A stretch of DNA of 64,000 nt, from positions 2,640-66,639 of the forward strand of contig DCIY01000030.1 in the NCBI GenBank assembly GCA_002317295.1, written 5' to 3'. Of the stretch, positions 37,818 to 47,459 are shown piece after piece. Source of the DNA: Bacteroidales bacterium UBA1714 (lineage in GTDB: Bacteria; Bacteroidota; Bacteroidia; Bacteroidales; Paludibacteraceae). The notes beneath the pieces are model-generated. The model made no database searches. It had not been told where the DNA came from and saw only the letters and a program-made list of their open reading frames with translations. Made by a program: the position numbers and the translations under genes. Position 1 is the stretch's first letter. Each line of letters starts with the position of its first letter.

Positions 37818-38337
37818 TTGCCTTTTCCTGTTGCTGTTAACGGGTTGCGGTAAACAAGTGCATCTGCAGGCAGATGCTATTGTGGATCGTGCTGCAACAC
37901 CCGTGCTCAAGGCAGATTCCATCACGACATTAGTATCCGATAGCGGGGTAACTCGCTATCGGATTACTGCTTCTTCTTGGGAGATATTTGACCGAGCTAA
38001 CCCTGCCTGTTGGGAGTTTAAACAGGGTATCTATCTCGAGAAATTTAATGAGCAACTGGAGATAGAAGCTTCGCTCCAGTCGGACTATGCCTACTATGAG
38101 ACCCAAGCGGAAAAATGGCTCTTGCGAGGCAATGTGATAGCTCGCAATGAAGCCGGAGAACGGTTTGAAACGCCTGAGTTAAATTGGGATCAACATTCCC
38201 AAACCATCTACTCGGATTCGGCTATCACCATCACCAAAGCAACCAGTATCATTCAGGGAATTGGATTCAGAAGCAACCAATCCATGAGCCAATATACCAT
38301 TCTTCATCCTACTGGAGTCTTTCCGGTGGATGAGTAA
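37786..38337 (+). CDS. lptC: LPS export ABC transporter periplasmic protein LptC
   Basis: Lipoprotein-like signal LLLLTGC. LVSDSGVTRYRITASSWEIFD...WEFKQGIYLEKF...GERFETPELNWDQ...IYSDS...GIGFRSNQSMSQYTI matches the Bacteroidales LptC pattern. Start is uncertain (37774 or 37786). Confidence 0.7.
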   Translation: MNVRFAVLLSNCLFLLLLTGCGKQVHLQADAIVDRAATPVLKADSITTLVSDSGVTRYRITASSWEIFDRANPACWEFKQGIYLEKFNEQLEIEASLQSDYAYYETQAEKWLLRGNVIARNEAGERFETPELNWDQHSQTIYSDSAITITKATSIIQGIGFRSNQSMSQYTILHPTGVFPVDE

Positions 38338-38379
38338 CAACGCAGAAACCAATAAAAATCATCATTTTTCTGCAATATA

Positions 38380-38411
38380 TTTGCAAATTCCAAAAAAAAG
38401 TTGTACTTTTG
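38380..38411 (+). promoter_or_regulatory. Promoter: TTTG-N20-TACTTTTG (DUF349 / ftsE)
   Basis: TTTG at 38380-38383, A8 tract, TACTTTTG at 38404-38411, followed by tggcgaattt. Confidence 0.7.
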
Positions 38412-38472
38412 TGGCGAATTTTAATAACTGCCCGCAAGGGAAATATGAACTTCGCCGAAAGGTGTATTTAGT

Positions 38473-39933
38473 ATGGCAAACGAAAAACAACCACTCGTTG
38501 ACGAGTTGAAGGCTCTAATGGAGCAAAATGTGACGGAAGTTAAAGACCAAGTCGAGGAATTAAAGAACAAATTTTACCGCATGTACCATGAGGAACAGGC
38601 TGCGTTGAAAAAACAGGCAGAAGAGGCTGCTGTCGCTGCCGGAGAGCAGTTGGAAAACTGGCAACCTGCTATGGATGAGGTGGAAAAAGAGTTCCGTGAG
38701 TTATTGGCAGCTTATAAGACCAAGCGAGCTGAAGTTCAGAAACAAATGGAGGAACAGATGAACCAGAATCTGCTTCGCAAGGAGAATATTCTGGAGCAAA
38801 TGAAACAAATGGCTGAGGCTCAAACAGCCGATGTCATGGATAATCTCAAGAAGATGAAAGACTTGCAGACCGAGTGGAAGACCATAGGTCCTGTTCCCGC
38901 CCCAAAAGCACAAGAGATTTGGAAACAATATCAGCAGTTCCAAGAGCAGTTCTACGATTTGGTGAAGATCAATATCGAACTGCGTGATCTTGATTTTAAA
39001 AAGAATCTGGAAATGAAAACCCTGCTGTGCGAGGCAGCAGAGAAACTGCAACAGAATGTCAATATCGTAGAGGCCAGTCGTGCCTTGCAACAATTGCATG
39101 ACGAGTGGGCAGAGATAGGCCCTGTGGCTCGTGAGATAAGAGAAGAACTGTGGAATCGATTTAAGGAGGCATCTACCATTATCAATAAGAAACATCAGGC
39201 TTATTTTGATGCTTTGCACGAGAGAGAACAGGAAAATCTGGTCAAGAAGCAGGCTATCATTGAACGACTGAAAGAGATTGATATTGAGTCTATCAAGACC
39301 AACAAACAATGGGAAGAGGTTTCTGCACAGATAACGGCCATGCAGAACGAATGGCGTAGTATCGGATTTGCTCCCAAGAAGCAAAATCAGGCTATCTATG
39401 AGGAATACCGCGCATTATGCGAACGCTTCTTTAAGGCAAAGACTCAGTTCTTCAAATCCATGCGTGATGTGTTGTCAGACAACCTCAAGCGCAAACGTGA
39501 ACTGATAGAGAAAGCCCAAGCTCTGGTAGGCGAAGATGCGGTCGAAAATGCTGCTCAAACCATGATTGCCCTGCAGAAAGAATGGAAGACCATAGGTCCC
39601 GTTGCTCATAAGTACAGTGATGAGATTTGGAAAACGTTTACCGCTATATGTGACAGTTTCTTTGAGAAGAAACGTGACGCGATGAAAGAGGCTCGTCAGA
39701 AAATGCAGGATGCTCGTCGTGAACGGGCTATGGCCGGTGGTGATCGCGGCAAGATGATGCGTATGTACGAGAATCTGCAACAGGAAATTAAAACGGCAGA
39801 GAACAATATTTTGTTCTTTACAGGCAAGTCTCAATCGGGCAACAAACTCGTGGACGACATGCGCAAGAAGATTGATCAGTTGAAGAAACAACTGAATGAG
39901 TTGGAGCAAAAGATCGAAGAAACGGAAGAGTAA
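38473..39933 (+). CDS. DUF349 domain-containing protein
   Basis: Highly charged coiled-coil protein with four repeats of the DUF349 signature (EWKTIGPVPAPK, EWAEIGPVAREI, EWRSIGFAPKKQ, EWKTIGPVAHKY). Confidence 0.7.
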   Translation: MANEKQPLVDELKALMEQNVTEVKDQVEELKNKFYRMYHEEQAALKKQAEEAAVAAGEQLENWQPAMDEVEKEFRELLAAYKTKRAEVQKQMEEQMNQNLLRKENILEQMKQMAEAQTADVMDNLKKMKDLQTEWKTIGPVPAPKAQEIWKQYQQFQEQFYDLVKINIELRDLDFKKNLEMKTLLCEAAEKLQQNVNIVEASRALQQLHDEWAEIGPVAREIREELWNRFKEASTIINKKHQAYFDALHEREQENLVKKQAIIERLKEIDIESIKTNKQWEEVSAQITAMQNEWRSIGFAPKKQNQAIYEEYRALCERFFKAKTQFFKSMRDVLSDNLKRKRELIEKAQALVGEDAVENAAQTMIALQKEWKTIGPVAHKYSDEIWKTFTAICDSFFEKKRDAMKEARQKMQDARRERAMAGGDRGKMMRMYENLQQEIKTAENNILFFTGKSQSGNKLVDDMRKKIDQLKKQLNELEQKIEETEE

Positions 39934-39937
39934 AGTC

Positions 39938-40603
39938 ATGGAGTTGATTGACTATCGGGATGTGGAAATTCGCCAGGATGAGCAGATTGTGCTTCGTCAT
40001 GTGGACTTGCGGGTTCACGAGGGCGAATTTGTGTACCTGTTGGGCAAAGTGGGCAGTGGCAAATCTACCCTGATGAAGACGTTCTATGCCGAGCGTCCCA
40101 TCCATAGCGGTCAAGCCACATTCTTAGGTTATGACCTGTCCACGATTACCCGTCGTCAGATACCTTATCTGCGTCGTAAGATAGGCGTGGTGTTTCAGGA
40201 TTTCCAATTATTACCCGATCGTAATGTGGAGGAGAATCTGCTGTTTGTGCTCAAAGCTACAGGTTGGAAGGACAAGAAGGTGATGCATTCGCATGTCATG
40301 GATGTACTGGATCAGGTAGGTATGGCTGATAAGGCGTATAAAATGCACTATCATCTGTCCGGAGGCGAACAACAGCGTGTGGTGATAGCTCGTGCCTTGC
40401 TCAATACCCCAGATGTGATTTTGGCTGATGAACCCACCGGTAATCTGGATCAGGAGACCGGACAGGAGATTATGCAGTTACTCCATCAGATAAAGAAAGC
40501 CGGCATGACAATTATCATGTCGACTCATAATCTGCTATGGCCAGAGCAGTTTCCGGGACGCAAGTTAGTGTTCCGAAACGGCGAGGTAAGTGAGTGCGAA
40601 TAG
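39938..40603 (+). CDS. ftsE: Cell division ATP-binding protein FtsE
   Basis: Walker [10 protein letters not shown], signature LSGGEQQRV, Walker [12 protein letters not shown]. 221 aa. ATG at 39938 lies just after the DUF349 stop. Confidence 0.85.
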   Translation: MELIDYRDVEIRQDEQIVLRHVDLRVHEGEFVYLLGKVGSGKSTLMKTFYAERPIHSGQATFLGYDLSTITRRQIPYLRRKIGVVFQDFQLLPDRNVEENLLFVLKATGWKDKKVMHSHVMDVLDQVGMADKAYKMHYHLSGGEQQRVVIARALLNTPDVILADEPTGNLDQETGQEIMQLLHQIKKAGMTIIMSTHNLLWPEQFPGRKLVFRNGEVSECE

Positions 40604-40990
40604 CCGCATCTGCTGCAACATCGCATTGAGCCCGTTAGAACGAGTGGGGGACAGGTGTTCCCGCAATTGGATATCGTCGATGAAGTATAAATCTGCATCG
40701 ACGATTTCTTTTGGAGTATGCCCACTGAGTACCTGAATAAGCAAGGCTACGATACCTTTCACCAGAATAGCGTCCGAATCGCCCTGATAGATAACTTTGT
40801 CGTCCTGCATATGGGCAGTAAACCATACCCGCGACTGACAACCGTCAATGAGGTTCTGGTCTGTACGCTCAGACTCCGGAAAGGGTTCCAGACTGTTACC
40901 CTGCTCAATCAGCATGGCATAGCGGTCCATCCAATCTTCCAGAGAGGAAAAATCTTCAATGATTGAATCTTGAATTTCGTTGATAGTCAT
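40565..40990 (-). CDS. sufE: Cysteine desulfuration protein SufE
   Basis: Conserved LIDGCQSRVWF active-site Cys block. 141 aa. 3' end overlaps the ftsE 3' end by 39 nt (convergent). Confidence 0.8.
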   Translation of the reverse strand: MTINEIQDSIIEDFSSLEDWMDRYAMLIEQGNSLEPFPESERTDQNLIDGCQSRVWFTAHMQDDKVIYQGDSDAILVKGIVALLIQVLSGHTPKEIVDADLYFIDDIQLREHLSPTRSNGLNAMLQQMRLFALTYLAVSEH

Positions 40991-41517
40991 AAGTTCAGTT
41001 TACTGATAATGGCATCTGCAATCATTTCATCGGCTTCGGGGATAAATCCGGGAGCCTGAATCATGTATTGCGATTGCATATAATAGGGTTCACGTTCCTG
41101 CAACTGGCGGGTAACGTGCGCCAATAATTCTTCACGCGTGTGTCCAACAAGATTGGGGCGAGTACTTAGGTCTGTGAGCATCAGTCGCGACACCAGATCT
41201 TCGGCTGACCAGCGAATATACACTGTGGTTCCCAATTCGTTCACACAATCCATATTGTCCTCATAACAGGGATAGCCACCTCCGGTAGCATATACCACAT
41301 TTTCATACGGGGACATATCGGCTATATCTTCGAGAACATATTTTTCCTTGTATCGAAACGCCTCAACACCATATTCCCGTATATATTCCGCAACACTGAG
41401 TCCGTGAATTTGCTCAAACGCTTCGTCCAAGTCCACAAACCGCCAACCTGTCTTGTCGGCCAATATGCGTCCCACAGTCGTCTTGCCGGCTGCCATATAT
41501 CCAATTAGATAAATCAT
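40987..41517 (-). CDS. aroK: Shikimate kinase
   Basis: Walker A LIGYMAAGKTTVGR plus the shikimate-binding region. 176 aa. Confidence 0.85.
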   Translation of the reverse strand: MIYLIGYMAAGKTTVGRILADKTGWRFVDLDEAFEQIHGLSVAEYIREYGVEAFRYKEKYVLEDIADMSPYENVVYATGGGYPCYEDNMDCVNELGTTVYIRWSAEDLVSRLMLTDLSTRPNLVGHTREELLAHVTRQLQEREPYYMQSQYMIQAPGFIPEADEMIADAIISKLNL

Positions 41518-41831
41518 GGATGGTTGATTGCTGATGGATGATTTTTTTCTTCTTCGTCCAATATCTGGGGAGTATTGTCACGCCAAAGTATGGAGTCGGA
41601 TTGAATATACGCTTCAGGGAATACCCACCTGTCACTTGGAGCGGGCAGCGTGCGTACAGGTGCACCTTGTTTATTATACACGCGCGCGACAGAGGAGCAG
41701 ATAGGGGCACATACGGTTTGAATCACCACCATACTGTCTGCTACCACGAGTGTATCGTAGTGGATGAGAGTTTGGGCACAACAACCAAGGCTTGCCAACA
41801 AGCCGAAAGAAAGTAAAAGGTGTTTTTTCAT
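41514..41831 (-). CDS. Hypothetical small secreted protein (105 aa)
   Basis: Signal peptide MKKHLLLSFGLLASLGCCAQ. 4-nt overlaps with ispF upstream and aroK downstream indicate translation within the operon. No recognisable domain. Confidence 0.5.
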   Translation of the reverse strand: MKKHLLLSFGLLASLGCCAQTLIHYDTLVVADSMVVIQTVCAPICSSVARVYNKQGAPVRTLPAPSDRWVFPEAYIQSDSILWRDNTPQILDEEEKNHPSAINHP

Positions 41832-42298
41832 ACAATCAATACGATAGCGCTGACACTGATTCCTTCCTGTCGTCCGACAAATCCCAAATGCTCAGTAGTG
41901 GTTGCTTTGATACTCACTTGCGTCTTATCCACGTCCATCGTTTCAGCCAGACATTGGCGCATGGCTTCAATCCATGGACTCAGTTTCGGGGCTTGAGCAG
42001 CAATGGTAATGTCACAATTGCCTAATTCATATCCATGTTCCCTGATCATTTCCATCACACGACGAAGCAGAATCTTGGAATCAATGCCTTCATATTCATT
42101 CCCCGGAGTATCGGGAAAATGATATCCTATATCGCGCAGAGCTGCGGCTCCAAGAAGGGCATCACACAGGGCATGAATGGCCACATCGGCATCCGAATGG
42201 CCAGCCAATCCCAGTTCGTAAGGCACACGGATGCCCCCGAGCCACAATTCGCGACCCGGGGCAAACGCGTGTACATCATATCCGTAACCAATACGCAT
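41828..42298 (-). CDS. ispF: 2-C-methyl-D-erythritol 2,4-cyclodiphosphate synthase
   Basis: MRIGYGYDVHAF and LAGHSDADVAIHAL motifs. Start trimmed to M39 of the track ORF, because the longer form overlaps porV. Confidence 0.9.
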   Translation of the reverse strand: MRIGYGYDVHAFAPGRELWLGGIRVPYELGLAGHSDADVAIHALCDALLGAAALRDIGYHFPDTPGNEYEGIDSKILLRRVMEMIREHGYELGNCDITIAAQAPKLSPWIEAMRQCLAETMDVDKTQVSIKATTTEHLGFVGRQEGISVSAIVLIV

Positions 42299-42299
42299 A

Positions 42300-43529
42300 T
42301 TACTTGTTGTTATTGACCAAATCCTTGATTCCGGCCAAATCAAATCCGAGGGTAAAACGCATGGTTTGATCCAGCGGGTTAGAGGCCGCCGTAGCAATAC
42401 AGTAAGCGACATCCAAACGAACGATACTCAGTTTAAAACCAGCACCCAGGGTGACATAACGGCGGTTTCCTTTATAGTAGTTCTCGTGGCTGTAACCTAC
42501 GCGGGCAAAAAATTGGCGGTTGTAGCTGTACTCTAAACCCATACCCCAACGAACTTCCTGAAACTCCTCGGAAGTGGCGCTGTACACCTTACCTTCGTCC
42601 GTGGTATAACCTGGAGCGTCGCAGAAGGACTGCCACCAGCCGTTGGGAGACGAGAGTTTGGAATAACCATATACATCAAAGTAAGGCAAACCATTCGGAT
42701 ACTCGGCACTGGATTTGGTATAATCGATTTGGTTACCAAACTTGGAATAGGTTGTTGGAACCAATGTCTTATCGCACTCTACCGAGAACTGTAAACGATT
42801 GTAGTTGTCAAAGGGCAGTTCGTAACTGACACCCAGACGCAGGTTGGCAGGAATGAAGTTCTGTGTGTCACCCTTGTCATAAGACATTTTACCACCCAGG
42901 TTGCTGAGGTTAAATCCCAAAGCAAAATGACTGGTTCCCATCGGCAATTCAATCGGTTGACGATAGAACAACGAGATGTCGGCAGCCATGGTCCAGGCGG
43001 GGAACAGTTCCTTACCATCAGCTCCATAACTGTTGGTTCCGTTATTCAAATCCGAATACATAAATCGTAGGGTAGCGGCCATGGAGACATACTCATGCAA
43101 TTTACGAGAGTAGGAAACATCCAATGCCCACTCGTTAGGAGCTGCTTCAGCAAAAAATTGTCCGGCATCATCTGTCAACTTAACTTCACCCATGGAGAAA
43201 TAGGTAAATGATGCAGCAATGGCCTGGAGATCATCAAACTTGTAAAAACCGGTAAGATAAGCCAAGTCAATGTCGCTGACCAATTGGCGTAACCATGGCG
43301 TGTAGGAAGCACATATACCGCCCCGTTCATCCATAAAGGCATACTTGGCAGCATTCCAGTGCTGAGAGTTCATGTCTGGGGTGGTGGCAACACCGATATC
43401 ACCCATACCGGCCGCGTGGGCATCGGGTGCGATGCTCAACGACGGCATCGCGGTTACAACAGGGTTGGTGGCCATCAGGCTCAGGGTTGCGGTAAACAGA
43501 GCTACCGCGGAAATAAGCATTTTTTTCAT
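42300..43529 (-). CDS. porV: Type IX secretion system outer-membrane shuttle protein PorV (LptO)
   Basis: 409-aa signal-peptide beta-barrel protein directly downstream of porU, the conserved porU-porV arrangement. FadL-like strand pattern ending ...RFTLGFDL. Confidence 0.8.
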   Translation of the reverse strand: MKKMLISAVALFTATLSLMATNPVVTAMPSLSIAPDAHAAGMGDIGVATTPDMNSQHWNAAKYAFMDERGGICASYTPWLRQLVSDIDLAYLTGFYKFDDLQAIAASFTYFSMGEVKLTDDAGQFFAEAAPNEWALDVSYSRKLHEYVSMAATLRFMYSDLNNGTNSYGADGKELFPAWTMAADISLFYRQPIELPMGTSHFALGFNLSNLGGKMSYDKGDTQNFIPANLRLGVSYELPFDNYNRLQFSVECDKTLVPTTYSKFGNQIDYTKSSAEYPNGLPYFDVYGYSKLSSPNGWWQSFCDAPGYTTDEGKVYSATSEEFQEVRWGMGLEYSYNRQFFARVGYSHENYYKGNRRYVTLGAGFKLSIVRLDVAYCIATAASNPLDQTMRFTLGFDLAGIKDLVNNNK

Positions 43530-43599
43530 TGTTGTTTAATTTTTATTGTTGGTTTGATTTACATTTCTTAGATTTGCTTCATAGGCGAATAATGTGGAA

Positions 43600-46500
43600 T
43601 TAATGCACAATCAGTCGAGCTGTCTGGGTGACATAACCGGTTGTGGAAGTTTTAATATTGAGTTGATATAAGTAGATTCCGGGAGCCAGGTGTAGCGAGG
43701 ACATATTCAGATCCAAATCGGCGCCATCCTCTTCGATAATGCGGGTGAGGTGACCGCTGATATCATAGATGCGCAGACAGGTGTGCAAATAATCATCCGG
43801 TTTGTCATGACTGACGCGTATATGCAACACACCATCACTGGCAACAGGATTGGGGTAGGCAATGACCTGGTACAGTTGTACTTCCAGTCCTTTCACCACT
43901 TCATAGTTGAGCGACGCAGTGGACGAGTTATTCATTAAGTCCCACGCCCTAAAATGCAAACGATGCATTCCGGAACTCTGCTCGCTGAGCAAATACGATA
44001 CCTGTCCCTGACGATAACTGCCCACGGTGGCCGTAAAATAATCGTTGAGGATGAAGGTTTGATTGGGATCCTCATCAATGACCAGCATCAAATCATGTCC
44101 GATACCCGAACCCACGGTATTGATGCCGTTATCATCGTAGATAGAGGCATAGAAATGCGGTGCCTCGTTGGTTGGGTCGCCGGACACAAAGGACGGGTTG
44201 TTCAAGTAAATGTGCAAATCAGGTCCCATGGTGTCAACGATATGCAGACTGCTGCTGCCACCCACCATGAATCCGTCTTCATAACCAATGGCTTCATCCT
44301 GGTAAACCGTATCAACGGCATAGTACACCATGCGTCCGTAGTCATACTGATAACGTATATCTTTGGGCAACATAAACTCAAGGGCAAAATGACCATTGGT
44401 TACCACCGTTTCCCCTTTGAACAAACAATTGGGGTAGTCATTGTAAGTATAGTACGACTTTTTGGAAGCATCGGGTTCATCATTGTCGCGCGTGGTAATC
44501 TGTTGCAGTTTGTCATATACCGTCATCACCAACCGCCCGTTAAACCATGTTGCGGTATCGCCTCTTTGTGCCTCGCTGTCCTCTGTACGGATATACCCTT
44601 GCACAATGGTTCGATCCAACGCATGCAATGTATCGGCTATCTGGGTAGTAACCACCTCGTACTGCGTGGGATAAGCCAACCGAATGGCAGGATCGCCAAA
44701 TAGGACATAGGGCATTTTGTTTTCATCATTACCGGTCATGTTTTTGGCTGCTGCGCAAGCCTGTCCGATGGTCATGTCGTAATGAAATACATTCGCATGT
44801 CCAAACAAGGTGTCACACAAATTCTTATTGAGTATCTTGTTGTTGCTGGCATAGACGGTTCTGTCGGCACTGAATACGCCAATGGCTCCTCCGTAAGGAT
44901 TAAGTACGGCTTCGGCAGCGGAACAGGCGTTGGCCTGATCAAAGTGAGAGAAATTGCAGGTGGCCAATGCCCAGAATCCCAAATTGGCATTGGTCAGTTT
45001 CTTGACCTGATCAATGGTGAGAAATCCTTCGGAACAGATGTTGTTGGCACTTCCGTGACCGCTATAGTCCATAAACAACATGCCATTTTGCATCAGGTTA
45101 TTGAACTGGTTCAATGCCAACGGATAGGTCTCACCCGAAGCAGATGTCTCCTGGACATAAGCATCGAGGTAAATCTTATTGATAATGAAGGAAGGATTTT
45201 TTATACGCATGGGTTCCGCAGCAATATCACTCACCTGTACATGCAATCCGTGGTCGCCATCATCGGCAAGAAAGCAGGTCTGCTGCCGCCAATTACCATG
45301 ACTGAGGTTGGTCATATACATAATGGTTTTATTCACTACATTGGCTGCCTGTTCCCCCGTGGCAACAGGCATGCGACCCACACCAAAAGCCATACGACCG
45401 CGCATGTCGGAGAAATAACTTCCATTGACGCCATCATTATCAGCCATAAATGCCAAATAGTCATCACTGGCATAGGCCTTGGTTTCGACAGTGGAGTTTT
45501 CGGCCTGATAGGTCAGCAGGGTAGCGTTGCCTGAGGAGGCAAGCAGTTTGCGGTTATCAAATGTTCCTGTCCCCATCAGCAACAGGTTCTTAGGACGATT
45601 CTCAGGGGTGGATGCACAGTCATACAACATCTTCATAAACCAACGAATGGCACTGATATCCGGCGTTCCGGAGGAAAATTCGTTGTAGATCTGTTCATCG
45701 GTAACCACCGCATAGGTATAACCATCTATCTGCTCATGGGCTTGTGCCAACCGCATGGCGTCTGCATAAAACGCCGCTGGGGTGACAATCACATAATCAA
45801 TATCCCGCAACCGATGCAGGTTTTGGTTGACTACTGTGCCAATAATGGTGGGTGTGGGATAACCGCTGGCATTGGGTTGAACAGCCACATACTCGTGTAC
45901 GGTATCGTTGGCGGAAATAAATTGCAATGTATCGTGACTCAATGTGGTGGACATGCGTTGAATGGATTCGGGGAAGGTGATATCCCAAACCTGCGTTTGA
46001 TCATTGGCCCCGGTCAGCGTAAACAGGTTACCGATGCTCGAACCGATATAATCGGTATTGCGGAAGAATCGGTAAGGAGATTCCATACTCAGTCGGCATC
46101 GTCCTGTCATCTCAATAAAATTAAGATAAGCCTTGGCAGAAGACATGGAGTTGGAGTAAGTAATGGTGGTGTTGAGAGAACCACCCGATTGGGGAATGTC
46201 CGAAACACGCAGGGTAGCCGTAGTGGCCATGGTATAAAAGTCTTCAATACCAGAAGTATATGCCTGCTTCTTCACCGATCCCATTTCAAAGGTGAATGTG
46301 GACGTTGTGGTCGAATTGGCGGCCACCATGACGCGTGCCTGACCAGATAAGTTGGGCAGTAAGTCATTAAACGGGAAGGTAATAGCTAAGGTAGGCTTGT
46401 TGGGTGTCATCGATTCTCCATAAAACTCGCGACCTCCCCCTTCTTTACCATTGACATCCACCAGGTTGAGCATTTCTTTCTCGTGCAGAATATAATCGAG

Positions 46501-46998
46501 AGAATAGTTAATCTCTTTGGTTCCAAAGGTAGAGGGCACTGCAGCATCCTCCATCAGTAACTGCTCTCCGGCTGCATCGCTGAGGAAATAGTATCCATAA
46601 TTGCTATACGGATTGCGAGTGTGGATAAAAGTCGATCCGTTGTACTCCCAACCGATAGGACCACGGGCATAAAACAGAATGTAGTCTCCCTTACCAAAGA
46701 CATGGTCCTCGCCCTTGTGCATATAAAAAGCCACCGATGGTACATCGTCCAATCGTCTGAGCGTAAAGTTTTGCGGAAGCATATTGCCTCCGTATCCCAG
46801 TACGCGTATGTTTTCCGGTTGCAGCCCTTGGGCGGCTATCTCCTCATACGTGAGGCGATAGATACCGGATTCACTCACCTGAATCTTAACCAGTTTGCCG
46901 GAACTCAGTACCGACTCACTGGCATAGAATCCCGGTGTTCGGGCTGCTGTGGTAAGCCATAGCCCCAACATGAGGAAGATGATCAGTTGCTTTTTCAT
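43600..46998 (-). CDS. porU: Type IX secretion system sortase PorU (C25 peptidase-like)
   Basis: 1132 aa with a signal peptide. Gingipain/C25-like core (YVIVTPAAF..., MDYSGHGS..., FWALATCNFSHFD). C-terminal T9SS sorting-domain-like segment (AYPNPVASDGVLHIRV...PGIYLYQL...RLIVH). Confidence 0.85.
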   Translation of the reverse strand: MKKQLIIFLMLGLWLTTAARTPGFYASESVLSSGKLVKIQVSESGIYRLTYEEIAAQGLQPENIRVLGYGGNMLPQNFTLRRLDDVPSVAFYMHKGEDHVFGKGDYILFYARGPIGWEYNGSTFIHTRNPYSNYGYYFLSDAAGEQLLMEDAAVPSTFGTKEINYSLDYILHEKEMLNLVDVNGKEGGGREFYGESMTPNKPTLAITFPFNDLLPNLSGQARVMVAANSTTTSTFTFEMGSVKKQAYTSGIEDFYTMATTATLRVSDIPQSGGSLNTTITYSNSMSSAKAYLNFIEMTGRCRLSMESPYRFFRNTDYIGSSIGNLFTLTGANDQTQVWDITFPESIQRMSTTLSHDTLQFISANDTVHEYVAVQPNASGYPTPTIIGTVVNQNLHRLRDIDYVIVTPAAFYADAMRLAQAHEQIDGYTYAVVTDEQIYNEFSSGTPDISAIRWFMKMLYDCASTPENRPKNLLLMGTGTFDNRKLLASSGNATLLTYQAENSTVETKAYASDDYLAFMADNDGVNGSYFSDMRGRMAFGVGRMPVATGEQAANVVNKTIMYMTNLSHGNWRQQTCFLADDGDHGLHVQVSDIAAEPMRIKNPSFIINKIYLDAYVQETSASGETYPLALNQFNNLMQNGMLFMDYSGHGSANNICSEGFLTIDQVKKLTNANLGFWALATCNFSHFDQANACSAAEAVLNPYGGAIGVFSADRTVYASNNKILNKNLCDTLFGHANVFHYDMTIGQACAAAKNMTGNDENKMPYVLFGDPAIRLAYPTQYEVVTTQIADTLHALDRTIVQGYIRTEDSEAQRGDTATWFNGRLVMTVYDKLQQITTRDNDEPDASKKSYYTYNDYPNCLFKGETVVTNGHFALEFMLPKDIRYQYDYGRMVYYAVDTVYQDEAIGYEDGFMVGGSSSLHIVDTMGPDLHIYLNNPSFVSGDPTNEAPHFYASIYDDNGINTVGSGIGHDLMLVIDEDPNQTFILNDYFTATVGSYRQGQVSYLLSEQSSGMHRLHFRAWDLMNNSSTASLNYEVVKGLEVQLYQVIAYPNPVASDGVLHIRVSHDKPDDYLHTCLRIYDISGHLTRIIEEDGADLDLNMSSLHLAPGIYLYQLNIKTSTTGYVTQTARLIVH

Positions 46999-47459
46999 TT
47001 TATCTTACAATAAAGTCCTTCTTGTTGTATAACCTCATCCCGTTCTACCATTCGCGGTTCGCTGGCGCGGTCGATATAGACCAAATCACCCATTCTCAGG
47101 GTCACCACCTCACTGATGGCGGCAATGACCCGATCAATCTCTTCCTTCGGTTGCGCGGGGACGAACTCGCCCACGCACAGGGAATAATCAAAGGCTGTCG
47201 CACGAGGGTAGTCCATGGCGATATAGTCCATGGCGATAAAGTCTATCCCGGGAGCAATGGCATCGTAATAGCGCGAAGCAAATCGTTCTTCAATGCACTT
47301 GCCCAACCGACTGATGCGCACCACGAGACAATCATTGGCTCGTACATCGGTTGACCAATCGGGCCTGAACATAGGCTTGCGATTGTTCAGCAAACAGGCA
47401 TCACACTTCATCGTGAAATGAGGTTGCCCCTGGAAATAACTGTATCCGACTATTTTCAT
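46995..47459 (-). CDS. Short, degenerate fumarylacetoacetate-hydrolase-fold (FAH-like) protein
   Basis: Blocks [29 protein letters not shown] and TLRMGDLVY resemble short Bacteroidales FAH-family proteins. Only 154 aa and carries an internal IAMDY duplication. 4-nt overlaps with der and porU. Confidence 0.5.
   Translation of the reverse strand: MKIVGYSYFQGQPHFTMKCDACLLNNRKPMFRPDWSTDVRANDCLVVRISRLGKCIEERFASRYYDAIAPGIDFIAMDYIAMDYPRATAFDYSLCVGEFVPAQPKEEIDRVIAAISEVVTLRMGDLVYIDRASEPRMVERDEVIQQEGLYCKIK
47211..47240 (-). repeat. 2 x 15-nt in-frame tandem duplication (IAMDY x2) in the FAH-like ORF
   Basis: Plus strand reads gtccatggcgatata gtccatggcgataaa (1 mismatch). Confidence 0.9.

Noticed and set aside
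40565-40603. 39-nt convergent overlap of the ftsE and sufE 3' ends
   Set aside because: It is probably just a slightly extended SufE C-terminus (…LTYLAVSEH), with no hairpin or other signal. It is noted, but not interesting enough to be a finding.
43954-46350. Plus-strand ORFs of 204-250 aa inside porU (43954-44703, 44782-45534, 45736-46350)
   Set aside because: Shadows of the 1132-aa PorU frame, which has a signal peptide, a C25-like core and a T9SS C-terminal domain.
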